DNA of 64,000 nucleotides from Candidatus Sumerlaeaceae bacterium (lineage in GTDB: Bacteria > Sumerlaeota > Sumerlaeia > Sumerlaeales > Sumerlaeaceae), in contig JBMFRB010000006.1 of NCBI GenBank assembly GCA_049968255.1, positions 167,800 to 231,799 of the forward strand. Reading direction: 5' to 3'. Of this stretch, positions 8,765 to 17,335 are shown one piece after another (position 1 is the first letter of the stretch; each line of letters begins with the position of its first letter). The translations under genes and the position numbers were made by a program. The notes under the pieces were generated by a model. That model saw only the letters and a program-made list of their open reading frames with translations, had not been told where the DNA came from and searched no databases.

Positions 8765-9316
8765 ATGATGAACTGGTTGAAAATAGACGTTCTCAAACTG
8801 CGGGAAGGCCCGATAGACCTCGAGCTCGATTGCAAACCCGAGGCGCTAGATCTGGTGGACCGCGAGTATCGCTTCCGCAAGCGAGTGGCGGGACTTGTGC
8901 ATTTCTCGCTGGTTGAGCATCGCGTGCGGGCCAAAGGCTATGTGGAAACAGTCGCCGAGGCTGAATGTGTGCGGTGCTTGAAAGTTGTCGAGGTGCCGAT
9001 CCGCGGTGTACTCGACATTTTTTATGAAAATAACCCTTCGCTCCTTACTCTGGAAGCGCAGCTGGGGGCGGGCGAGGACGAAAACCTCTATTGGTTCGAC
9101 GGGGAGATCATCCATCCCGAAGAGCAGTTGCGCGAGGCGTTGATGATCGAACTGCCGATGTTGCCGTTGTGTTCGCCGGATTGCAAAGGACTGTGTGCAC
9201 AATGCGGGGCGGATCTCAACGAGGGCCCCTGCCAGTGCCGACTGACAGCGCAACCCTTGGAGGAAGTTGATGCATCGGACTGGAAAGCGCAACTGAAAAA
9301 GATACGTCTGCCGTAA
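8765..9316 (+). CDS. yceD: DUF177/YceD family protein (23S rRNA accumulation)
   Basis: ECVRCL, LREALMIELPMLPLCSPDCKGLCAQCGADLNEGPCQC and C-terminal DWKAQLKK. Confidence 0.92.
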   Translation: MMNWLKIDVLKLREGPIDLELDCKPEALDLVDREYRFRKRVAGLVHFSLVEHRVRAKGYVETVAEAECVRCLKVVEVPIRGVLDIFYENNPSLLTLEAQLGAGEDENLYWFDGEIIHPEEQLREALMIELPMLPLCSPDCKGLCAQCGADLNEGPCQCRLTAQPLEEVDASDWKAQLKKIRLP

Positions 9317-9362
9317 CCCGCGGGCGCAAGGTGTAGGATTGTGCGGGGAAAAGGATGGTGAT

Positions 9363-9863
9363 ATGGGATTGGATTACGAACAACTACTCATTTTCAATGA
9401 ACTGAGCGAGATTATCCGCTGGCAGAATCAATGCATCGAGCGGATGCAGTCGTTCCGTGAGAAATACCCTTATCTTATTCCGCCCAATGTGGCACGTATG
9501 GTTGAGGAGAATCTGAAAGAAAACGTTCAGATTCTTTATCGCGAGCTCAACCACCTGCATAAACCGAAGAAGGAGAAGCGGCGGCACGTTTGTCAGCGGT
9601 GTCACGGCGTTTTCTTTGTGGCTCTGCCCGGAGGGCTGTGCGATGAATGCCGCGCCAAGGAGGCCGCACTGGCCAACAAGCCTAAGTACGGGCGAGTAGC
9701 GCCGCCGCTGGGTGCAACGAAAGCTGGGGCACCAAACCCACAGGAGGAGACTACGGCGGCCACGGCGACTCCGCTGTCGGAGGAGAGCGAGAGAGAAGCT
9801 GTTGTGGAGCCGGAGACTGGCACGGAACCACCTGACGGCTTGATCCCAAAGGAAGACAATTGA
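9363..9863 (+). CDS. Hypothetical protein with CxxC-x12-CxxC zinc ribbon
   Basis: Helical N-terminus, CQRC...CDEC and an acidic low-complexity tail. RBS-like GGTG precedes ATG 9363. Confidence 0.7.
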   Translation: MGLDYEQLLIFNELSEIIRWQNQCIERMQSFREKYPYLIPPNVARMVEENLKENVQILYRELNHLHKPKKEKRRHVCQRCHGVFFVALPGGLCDECRAKEAALANKPKYGRVAPPLGATKAGAPNPQEETTAATATPLSEESEREAVVEPETGTEPPDGLIPKEDN

Positions 9864-9989
9864 TCCGCATTGCGCTCTGTGAAGCGCACGCGGCACCCCG
9901 TGCATGCGTTTTCTCTGGAAATGCCCTGTTGACACCTGAATCTGTGTTGCAAGCCAACATGGGGGCTGCTTGCATTGGAGAGGTCTATC

Positions 9990-11426
9990 GTGACGAGTGT
10001 GCTTAGGATCCTTCTGGTCGAAGACGATCGGCCTTTTGCCGAGAGGCTGAAGAAAAATCTCGAGTTGAGTTCCTACTCAGCAGTCATCGCGGAGAGTACG
10101 GAACAAGCCTTGACGCTCTTACGCGACCAGAATTTTGACCTCATCGTGACGGATATTCGGCTTCCTGGCGCAAGCGGTCTTGAACTTATTCGGCGTGTGA
10201 AAACGGAACCGGTTGTCGGTGCAGATCCGGACACACCGATCATCGTGCTGACGAGCGTGAGCAATGTTGAGACTGCTGTGGAGGCCATGAAGCTTGGTGC
10301 GGCTGATTACATCACCAAAGAGGCCGAGCGGCAGGAGATTCTCATCCGGATTGGAAAAGTAGTGGAGCAAGCGCGATTGGCAAACGAAAACCGTTTGCTG
10401 CGTGCCCAACTTGCCGAACGCGACGAATTTCGCGAAATCATCGGCGAGAGCCCGCAAATCCAGCGGATCAAGGAAGAAATCTCACAAATCGCTCAGAGCG
10501 ACGTGACCGTATTGATTACCGGCGAGACCGGTGTGGGCAAGGAACTCGTGGCGCGCGCGATTCACCGAACGAGTCCGCGGGCGAAAGGGCCCTTTGTGGA
10601 GGTGAACTGTGCAGCTCTGCCTGACGATAATCTTTTCCAAAGCGAAGTGTTCGGCCACGAAAAGGGCGCTTTCACCGACGCATCCTATTTGCGCAAGGGG
10701 AAGTTCGAGCTTGCCCACGGTGGCACGCTTTTCATGGACGAAATCGCAGAATTGTCGCGTGAGTCGCAGGCGAAAATCCTGAAGGCGCTCGAACAGCAGA
10801 CTTTCACGCGGTTGGGTGGGATGCGTCCTATCAGTGTGAATTGCCGGTTTATTTTCGCGACGAATAAGGATCTGCGTGCCGAGATGGATGCGGGCAATTT
10901 TCGCAAGGATCTTTACTATCGGGTGGCGGTCTTTCTGATTCACGTTCCGCCGTTGCGTGAACGCCCCGCGGATATTCCCCTGCTAGCGAAATTTTTCGCA
11001 GATCAGTTCGCGCGCAAGTACAACAAGCCACCATTATTCTTCGAGGAAGGTGCGATGGCGTTGCTGCGTAATTATCCCTACCCTGGGAATATCCGTGAGC
11101 TGCGCAATATCATTGAGCGACTAGCAATCCGGGTGCGCGGGGACGTGATCACGCGGCGCGACGTTGAAGAGATCGGTCTGGGGCAAGGGCCTTCAAGCAC
11201 ACTCCCAAGAAACAGCGTTGTCAGCCTCCCGGAAGAGGGGGTGAATCTTGAGGAGGTGGAACGACAGCTTGTTATCGAGGCGCTGGAGCGCACAGGTTGG
11301 AATCAAAAAGAAGCTGCGGCACTGCTGCGCATCAGCGTTGACCGCATGCATTCGCGTGTGAAGAAGTTTGGTCTAAAGCATCCATCGTGGCGTGTCCATA
11401 AAGCGACGGAGGAAAGCTCTTCATGA
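9990..11426 (+). CDS. Sigma54-dependent response regulator (NtrC/AtoC family; REC-AAA+-Fis HTH)
   Basis: VEDD and TDIRLP (receiver), GETGVGKE, GAFTDA, FMDEI, YPGNIRELRN and a C-terminal HTH. GTG 9990 follows GGAGAGG. Confidence 0.95.
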   Translation: MTSVLRILLVEDDRPFAERLKKNLELSSYSAVIAESTEQALTLLRDQNFDLIVTDIRLPGASGLELIRRVKTEPVVGADPDTPIIVLTSVSNVETAVEAMKLGAADYITKEAERQEILIRIGKVVEQARLANENRLLRAQLAERDEFREIIGESPQIQRIKEEISQIAQSDVTVLITGETGVGKELVARAIHRTSPRAKGPFVEVNCAALPDDNLFQSEVFGHEKGAFTDASYLRKGKFELAHGGTLFMDEIAELSRESQAKILKALEQQTFTRLGGMRPISVNCRFIFATNKDLRAEMDAGNFRKDLYYRVAVFLIHVPPLRERPADIPLLAKFFADQFARKYNKPPLFFEEGAMALLRNYPYPGNIRELRNIIERLAIRVRGDVITRRDVEEIGLGQGPSSTLPRNSVVSLPEEGVNLEEVERQLVIEALERTGWNQKEAAALLRISVDRMHSRVKKFGLKHPSWRVHKATEESSS

Positions 11427-12421
11427 CCAGCGACCGAAAACGGGTGGCAATCACGCGGCGTATCCACGAGCGGGCACGCGAGATATTGGAGCAGGCGGGC
11501 TTTGAAGTGTGGATCAACCCAGAGCCGCGCGCGCTCACGCGCGACGAACTTCGGCGAGTGCTACGTCATTTTGACGCGATGATTTGCTTGTTGAACGATC
11601 GCATTGACGCTCAGCTGCTCGAGGAGGCGACCCGGGTGAGGCTCATTGCAAATTATGCAGTGGGCTACGATAATTTCGACGTGGAAGCCGCGACGCGTCG
11701 CGGCGTTGCCTTGACGAACACTCCGGACGTACTGACGAACGCGACGGCAGAGCTGGCTTGGGCCTTGCTTTTCGCCGCAGCACGACATGTGGCGGCGGGA
11801 GATCGCTTCGTGCGGGAGGGGCGTTTCCATGGTTGGGATCCGCTCCTGTTGCTGGGCCACGAGATCGCAGGCAAAGCGTTGGGAATCGTCGGTGCCGGCC
11901 GCATCGGAACGGCTATGGCTAAACGCGCTGTGGGCTTCGATATGCGGATTCTTTACACGAAACGTTCGGGACCATCTCCCCAGCTGGATGCGCTGGGGGC
12001 AAAATTTGCAGCTCTCGATGATCTCTTACGCGAGAGCGACTTTGTTTCGATTCACACGCCCCTCACACCCGAGACTCACCACCTTATTAATCGCGAGAAG
12101 CTCGGGCTCATGAAGCCGACCGCCATCCTTGTGAATACGGGGCGCGGGCCGGTTGTGGACGAGGCAGCGCTGGCCGAAGCACTGGCTGAAGGCCGGTTGG
12201 CTGCCGCTGGGCTCGATGTGTACGAGCGCGAGCCTGTTGTGGAACAGCGCCTCTTAGGCCTCCCAAACGTTGTGCTGCTACCGCACATTGGAAGCGCAAC
12301 GTACGAAGCGCGGGCGGCAATGGCAGAACTCGCAGCACTCAATATTCTCGACTTCTTTGAGGGGCGAGTGCCAAGAACTTGCATTAATCCAGAATACGTA
12401 AGATACGCTGCGAAAAGCTAG
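11423..12421 (+). CDS. D-2-hydroxyacid dehydrogenase (glyoxylate/hydroxypyruvate reductase type)
   Basis: NYAVGYDN, TNTPDVLT, GAGRIG, NTGRG, LDVYEREP and LPHIGSAT. ATGA overlap with the upstream gene. Confidence 0.93.
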   Translation: MTSDRKRVAITRRIHERAREILEQAGFEVWINPEPRALTRDELRRVLRHFDAMICLLNDRIDAQLLEEATRVRLIANYAVGYDNFDVEAATRRGVALTNTPDVLTNATAELAWALLFAAARHVAAGDRFVREGRFHGWDPLLLLGHEIAGKALGIVGAGRIGTAMAKRAVGFDMRILYTKRSGPSPQLDALGAKFAALDDLLRESDFVSIHTPLTPETHHLINREKLGLMKPTAILVNTGRGPVVDEAALAEALAEGRLAAAGLDVYEREPVVEQRLLGLPNVVLLPHIGSATYEARAAMAELAALNILDFFEGRVPRTCINPEYVRYAAKS

Positions 12422-14421
12422 GAGGACGATCGGTCGGGCTGCAGGCGTCGCGCGCGAAACAGATCACGGATCTGTAAGAGAACGCCGGCCACGACAACGA
12501 GAAAGCAGCATACGCCCCACCAATCGCCGAAGCGGACTGCTAGTGTTTCAGGGGGAGAAGAACAAATCCTGATCGTAGCGAAGAGTACCCCTTCATGGCG
12601 CCACGGTAGCCACTGCCTTACGATTCCCTCGGGCGTGACGAGCGCGCTGATGCCGGTGTTAGCGACGCGCAAAACAGGGCGGCGGGTCTCTATGGCACGC
12701 AATACTGCATGGGCGAAATGCTGAATGGGCCCCCTGTTGAGGAAGACCGCTAGCGGGGGAAGGGAAAATGCTCGACGCCAAGCAGTGCTCCAAAATAGCG
12801 CTAGGCGCGAGCCGGCCGAGCCGTCAGTGTCGGGGGAGCGCCAGAAATCCTCATGGGAGCGAAGGTGGGATGGGTCGTACCATCCGTCGTTGGTGATGAT
12901 GCAGATAAGTTGAGCTCCGCGGCGAGCATAGGAACGGGCCAACTCCGCAAATGTCGATTCGAAACAGATCATGACGCCGAAGTTCGTTTCGTGGGACCGA
13001 AAAATCGTATACTCGGTGCCACGGGCGTAGGTGCCCACCATCAGGATCCATTCCTGGAAGTAGGGAATCTTGTCTAAGATGGGGGCAGTCTCGCCAAACG
13101 GAACAAGGTGGATTTTGTCGTACACCGTTGATGTCAGGCCGGTTTCTGATCGCACGAAAAATGCCGAAACGGTGGAGACCATCGGCTGGCGCTCGCAGGG
13201 ATACGTGGTGCCATCAGCAGCCATGCAAATTTCAAGCGCAGGGAGAGGGCGTGAGAACGTCCCGCTAAATGGCGAAGCCAGACGTGCGGTATAGGAGGTC
13301 GCGGGCTCCCGGCGGTCGGCCCCGAAAAGAATATCTGCGCGGCAGGTGCGCGACAACAGTTCCAATTCTTTATGCAGCACACGGTCGTAAACGAAGTAAT
13401 TGGAATTAAAGGCTGATTCAGGTAGCACAAGAAGGTCGAGGGGGTTTGACGTGGCGGTACAAGCCCGGGCGATGAGCGAGAGAGTCCGGCTTGTCATCTC
13501 GTAGTCGAGGAGGTTTGCTACGTCCGGATCAGGGGCGGCATAGAATCGCATCTTCTCAACTTGGGCAATGTTGGCCTGAAGCGCTGCTACATGCAAATCT
13601 CTGCTCTCGGCCTTACATTTAGGAAAGAGCAGCGGGTAAAAGCCAAATTGAAAAAGCAGGAGAGCGCCAGCGATGACAACGGGAACTCGCAGTTGTACGG
13701 GGGTGCTGTGAGGTGAGGGAAGCCCCTTGTGGCCTTTCTGGAGCAAGCGAAGTAGAGTCAGCGCAAGTGTGGCATTGAGGTAAGCAATTGGCCAGCTCAC
13801 TGTGCTCCCGCCGGAGAGGTCTGCCACCTGGCAGGCCCATGCGTTGCCCAGTGCTTGCGAGTGGCCGAGGAAGTTCCACGGAAACGCGAACGGGCCGAGG
13901 GTGCGCGCATATTCGACGCCCACCCACGTCGTGGCGAGGATCGCTGGCCACATCACGGATGAGCTTTGCCGGAACAAGCGACGGGCAACTGCCGCGAAAA
14001 TCAGCGTGAAGCCTGCTTGGGCAAGTGGCAAAAGGACAACGCCCAACGGAATGAAGGGATTAAACGGGATAAGGGTGGCTAGCCACACGAGTGAGGTAAA
14101 ATGCCAAAGGAATCCGAACACTAGTGTCCCGCTCACCCAGCGTCGCGAGCGTTCGCCACAGAGGGCCATGAAAAAAGGTGCGAGGGCAATCCAAGCAAGT
14201 GGCCAACTTCCCAAGGCAAAGACTGGAATCGCTTGCGCGCTGCCGGCATCCCACCGGATGCCACGAACGACGTGAGCGAACGTTGGTCCCCCAAGAAGGC
14301 CGCTGAGTATACAGCCTCCCCAAAAGTAGCGTGCTGGCAAATTCCACACCGCAGCTTCAGCAACGAATGTGCGCCAACGCTGCTCGGTGGTGGCTGAATC
14401 TCGCGGCGGGGAGGCACTCAT
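12418..14421 (-). CDS. lnt: Apolipoprotein N-acyltransferase
   Basis: TM domain, FPWNFLGHSQ and the catalytic triad motifs LPES, DKIHLVPFGE and ICFE; also TNDGWY and RAIETRRPVLRVANTGISA. ATGA overlap with folD. Confidence 0.93.
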   Translation of the reverse strand: MSASPPRDSATTEQRWRTFVAEAAVWNLPARYFWGGCILSGLLGGPTFAHVVRGIRWDAGSAQAIPVFALGSWPLAWIALAPFFMALCGERSRRWVSGTLVFGFLWHFTSLVWLATLIPFNPFIPLGVVLLPLAQAGFTLIFAAVARRLFRQSSSVMWPAILATTWVGVEYARTLGPFAFPWNFLGHSQALGNAWACQVADLSGGSTVSWPIAYLNATLALTLLRLLQKGHKGLPSPHSTPVQLRVPVVIAGALLLFQFGFYPLLFPKCKAESRDLHVAALQANIAQVEKMRFYAAPDPDVANLLDYEMTSRTLSLIARACTATSNPLDLLVLPESAFNSNYFVYDRVLHKELELLSRTCRADILFGADRREPATSYTARLASPFSGTFSRPLPALEICMAADGTTYPCERQPMVSTVSAFFVRSETGLTSTVYDKIHLVPFGETAPILDKIPYFQEWILMVGTYARGTEYTIFRSHETNFGVMICFESTFAELARSYARRGAQLICIITNDGWYDPSHLRSHEDFWRSPDTDGSAGSRLALFWSTAWRRAFSLPPLAVFLNRGPIQHFAHAVLRAIETRRPVLRVANTGISALVTPEGIVRQWLPWRHEGVLFATIRICSSPPETLAVRFGDWWGVCCFLVVVAGVLLQIRDLFRARRLQPDRSSS

Positions 14422-15302
14422 GTGCTGAGATTTTTCGCACACCAAAGCGTGTTGTGCAAGAGCATGGCGATGGTCATGGGACCAATTCCGCCTGGAACAG
14501 GGGTGATGGCGCCCGCAATAGCCCTCGCATTCTCAAAGTCGACGTCTCCCACCAAACGATAGCCTCGAAGCGCCTCTGGATCATCTACGCGGTTGATGCC
14601 TACGTCGATCACTGTGGCTCCAGGTTTTATCCAGCCTGCCTTGATAAAATGTGGTCTCCCCACCGCTGCGATGAGAATATCGGCTTGGCGGAGAATCTGA
14701 GGGAGGTTTTCAGAACGCGAATGACATACGCAAACTGTGGCATCACCGCCAGGCCCCTTGCGCATGAGAAGTGCGGCGATTGGCTTGCCAACGATGTTGC
14801 TTCGGCCGACGACGACAGCAAACTTGCCGGACGTTTCTATCTTCTCTTCCAGCAAAAGCCGCTGAATGCCGAGCGGTGTGCAGGGAACTGGGGCTGGCAG
14901 ACCAAGCACAAGCTTTCCGACGTTCAAAGGATGGAAGCCGTCTACATCCTTTTCGGGACGAATCCGCTGCAATAAGGCTTGATCATCAAGGTGCTCGGGA
15001 AGAGGAAGTTGGAGAAGGATGCCATGAACGAGCGGGTTGGCGTTGAGCTTATCTATGGTCTCCTCGATCCGCTTTTGGGGAGTATCCGCCGGTAGCTGAA
15101 TGACCTCCGAGTACCATCCTAGATCGAGGCAAGCCTTACGCTTGCTTCGCACGTAGACTTGCGATGCGGGGTTTTCGCCGACAAGGATGACAACAAGTCC
15201 TGGCCGCACGCGAGTGCGCGTTGTGAAGGTCTCGGCCTCGACCATAAGTTGTTCGCGAATGCGTGCGGCTATCGCCGTTCCATCAATGATTCTTGCACTC
15301 AT
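14418..15302 (-). CDS. folD: Methylene-THF dehydrogenase/cyclohydrolase
   Basis: ASQVYVRSK, GILLQLPLP, KDVDGFHP, PCTP, GRSNIVGKP and TPVPGGIGPMT. Confidence 0.97.
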   Translation of the reverse strand: MSARIIDGTAIAARIREQLMVEAETFTTRTRVRPGLVVILVGENPASQVYVRSKRKACLDLGWYSEVIQLPADTPQKRIEETIDKLNANPLVHGILLQLPLPEHLDDQALLQRIRPEKDVDGFHPLNVGKLVLGLPAPVPCTPLGIQRLLLEEKIETSGKFAVVVGRSNIVGKPIAALLMRKGPGGDATVCVCHSRSENLPQILRQADILIAAVGRPHFIKAGWIKPGATVIDVGINRVDDPEALRGYRLVGDVDFENARAIAGAITPVPGGIGPMTIAMLLHNTLWCAKNLST

Positions 15303-15371
15303 GACAGGCTCCAATCCTTCCGTGCCGCTGGCACAAAGTAAACGGATTTTTTCAATTCTGGCGGCGCTGTC

Positions 15372-16277
15372 CTACGCGAGCACGAACCCATAAGCAAGAA
15401 CGGTGGCAACATCGCTGAGCGCCCAAAGCCACAGCGCGCGATACATGCCTCGCTTGGCCGGATACGAGGGTATTTGTCGTAACCATTCCGCGGTAAACAG
15501 GATCCAAGCAATCCCACTGACGAGGACCAATGCGCTTGCAAGGAGCAGACGGGTGAGATTCGGCGCGCCCCACACGAGTCCCGCAAGGTGGCAAGCCAGG
15601 GCCATGAACTCAAGTGCTAGCGCAAAACGGAGCGAACCTCTGGGGCCCAGCATGATCGCCAAGGTGCGATCCCCTCGAGCAGAATCTTCGGGGATTTGAT
15701 AGATTTGCGTCATCGGGTAGAAGGCGCCGAAAAGAAAACCAAAGCCGGCAGCAACCAACACCACGCGTGTCTGCCACACAGGGTCGAGGAGAGAAAGAAG
15801 ATCCGTGGCGAGTGCGCCGGCGGCGATGGTTGCAGCCCCGTAGCCAAGCATATTGATCACGAGGTCTGCACCGCCCAGCGCTTTGAGCCGAACGGGCGGA
15901 ACACTGTAGGCGAGAGATAGCATCACGCAGAAACCCATGAGCCAAACAAAGGGGCGCGACTGGAAGAAATAAGAAGCGAGAAGGCCGCACCCCAGAAGAA
16001 CAAGCGAGAAGGCCGCCAGATACGCCGGGGGGGGTGGCGGATTGTCGAGATAGCCAATGTCACCTTCGTCGCGATCGAATGCGCTGTTGAGGGCAAGGGT
16101 TGCGCCGTTGAGGCACACGGTCCAGATGAGCCCACCGACAAGGGTGCGCACCACTGCAGGCCATACAAGGTCCCGTGGCACGTGAGGCAAGATAAGCAAA
16201 GCACCGCAAAAGTAATGGGCAAAAACAATTGGCCACGAACGCGGCCGCAAATGAAGCCAGTAAGCTTTGCAGCTCAC
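15372..16277 (-). CDS. UbiA-family prenyltransferase-like membrane protein
   Basis: LRPRSW, NSAFDRDEGD, YSVPPVRLK and QIYQIPEDSARGDRT; multi-TM. GTG 16277 overlaps the hemC TGA (GTGA). Confidence 0.8.
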   Translation of the reverse strand: MSCKAYWLHLRPRSWPIVFAHYFCGALLILPHVPRDLVWPAVVRTLVGGLIWTVCLNGATLALNSAFDRDEGDIGYLDNPPPPPAYLAAFSLVLLGCGLLASYFFQSRPFVWLMGFCVMLSLAYSVPPVRLKALGGADLVINMLGYGAATIAAGALATDLLSLLDPVWQTRVVLVAAGFGFLFGAFYPMTQIYQIPEDSARGDRTLAIMLGPRGSLRFALALEFMALACHLAGLVWGAPNLTRLLLASALVLVSGIAWILFTAEWLRQIPSYPAKRGMYRALWLWALSDVATVLAYGFVLA

Positions 16278-17227
16278 GATATGCCTCCAGTGGGCGGTGC
16301 AGACCTCGCTTGATCCATGATCGCCCGCGCACCGCAGGCGAGCATGGACTTTGCCGCTTCCCGAGCAAGCTCGCTGGCTGCCTCGCACGGAGCTTCTCTC
16401 TCGAAGCGAAGCAGACGCGCGCCGTCTGGTGTGCAGACGGCTGCATGAAGCCGAACTGTGCTCTCCCCTACCACACAGAGGCAGGCCACTGGTGTGCGGC
16501 AATCCGCGCCAATCGCCCGCACAAAGGCGCGCTCTGTTTCACAAGCAAGCCGTGCGCTAGAATCGTCGAGCTGCGACAGGAGAGGTAGCCACGGCGATTC
16601 AGCTAACACTTCGATGGCGATGGCGCCCTGGCATGCAGCTGGCAGCATAAGCTCAGGCGGGAGTTCTCTTGCATTCATCGGAATAGCCTCGAGGCGCTCG
16701 AGTCCAGCTTTGGCAAGGATAAGGGCATCCGCCTCGCCATCCAACAGCTTGCGCAAGCGCGTGTCCACGTTGCCGCGCATCTCCACGACCTGCACATCGG
16801 GACGGTAGTGAAGGAGCTGGCCGCGCCGACGCAAGCTTGACGTGGCGATGCGTGCAGCGGAGGGAAGTGTGTCAATGTTTGCTTCTTCCCATGCGCTAAT
16901 GAGAAGATCGGCTGGGCTGAGCCGCTCAGGTATAGCGGCGATTTCAAACCCTGGGGTGAGCTCAGCAGGGAGATCCTTGAGGCTGTGAACTGCGGCATCG
17001 GCCCTGCCCGCCACGACTGCTTCTTCCACTTCCCTGACAAATACGCCTTTGTCGCCAAAAGCGTGAAGAGGGGTGTGGGGATGGCGATCAGGAAGAGTGC
17101 GGATCGTGACAAGTTCGACACGCAGCGCAGGCGTGTGGGCGGCAAGGAGCCCAGCGACGCGACGTGCTTGAGCCAACGCCAAGGCACTGCCGCGTGTGGC
17201 CAACCGAATTGTCTGCAAACAGCTCAC
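16274..17227 (-). CDS. hemC: Porphobilinogen deaminase (hydroxymethylbilane synthase)
   Basis: ATRGSALALAQ, KGVFVREVE, VHSLKDLP, TSSLRR, RGNVDTRLRKL and the cofactor Cys in ADCRTP. Confidence 0.96.
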   Translation of the reverse strand: MSCLQTIRLATRGSALALAQARRVAGLLAAHTPALRVELVTIRTLPDRHPHTPLHAFGDKGVFVREVEEAVVAGRADAAVHSLKDLPAELTPGFEIAAIPERLSPADLLISAWEEANIDTLPSAARIATSSLRRRGQLLHYRPDVQVVEMRGNVDTRLRKLLDGEADALILAKAGLERLEAIPMNARELPPELMLPAACQGAIAIEVLAESPWLPLLSQLDDSSARLACETERAFVRAIGADCRTPVACLCVVGESTVRLHAAVCTPDGARLLRFEREAPCEAASELAREAAKSMLACGARAIMDQARSAPPTGGIS

Positions 17228-17335
17228 AGAGTCCTAGGAAAAAAGCGCCTGTTAGGATTGCGAGAAAAAAGTTTCGGGCGCCCTTGCGAGCGCCCGAGAG
17301 ATTTGGGAATCTCGTGGCCACACCAGCGCAACATT

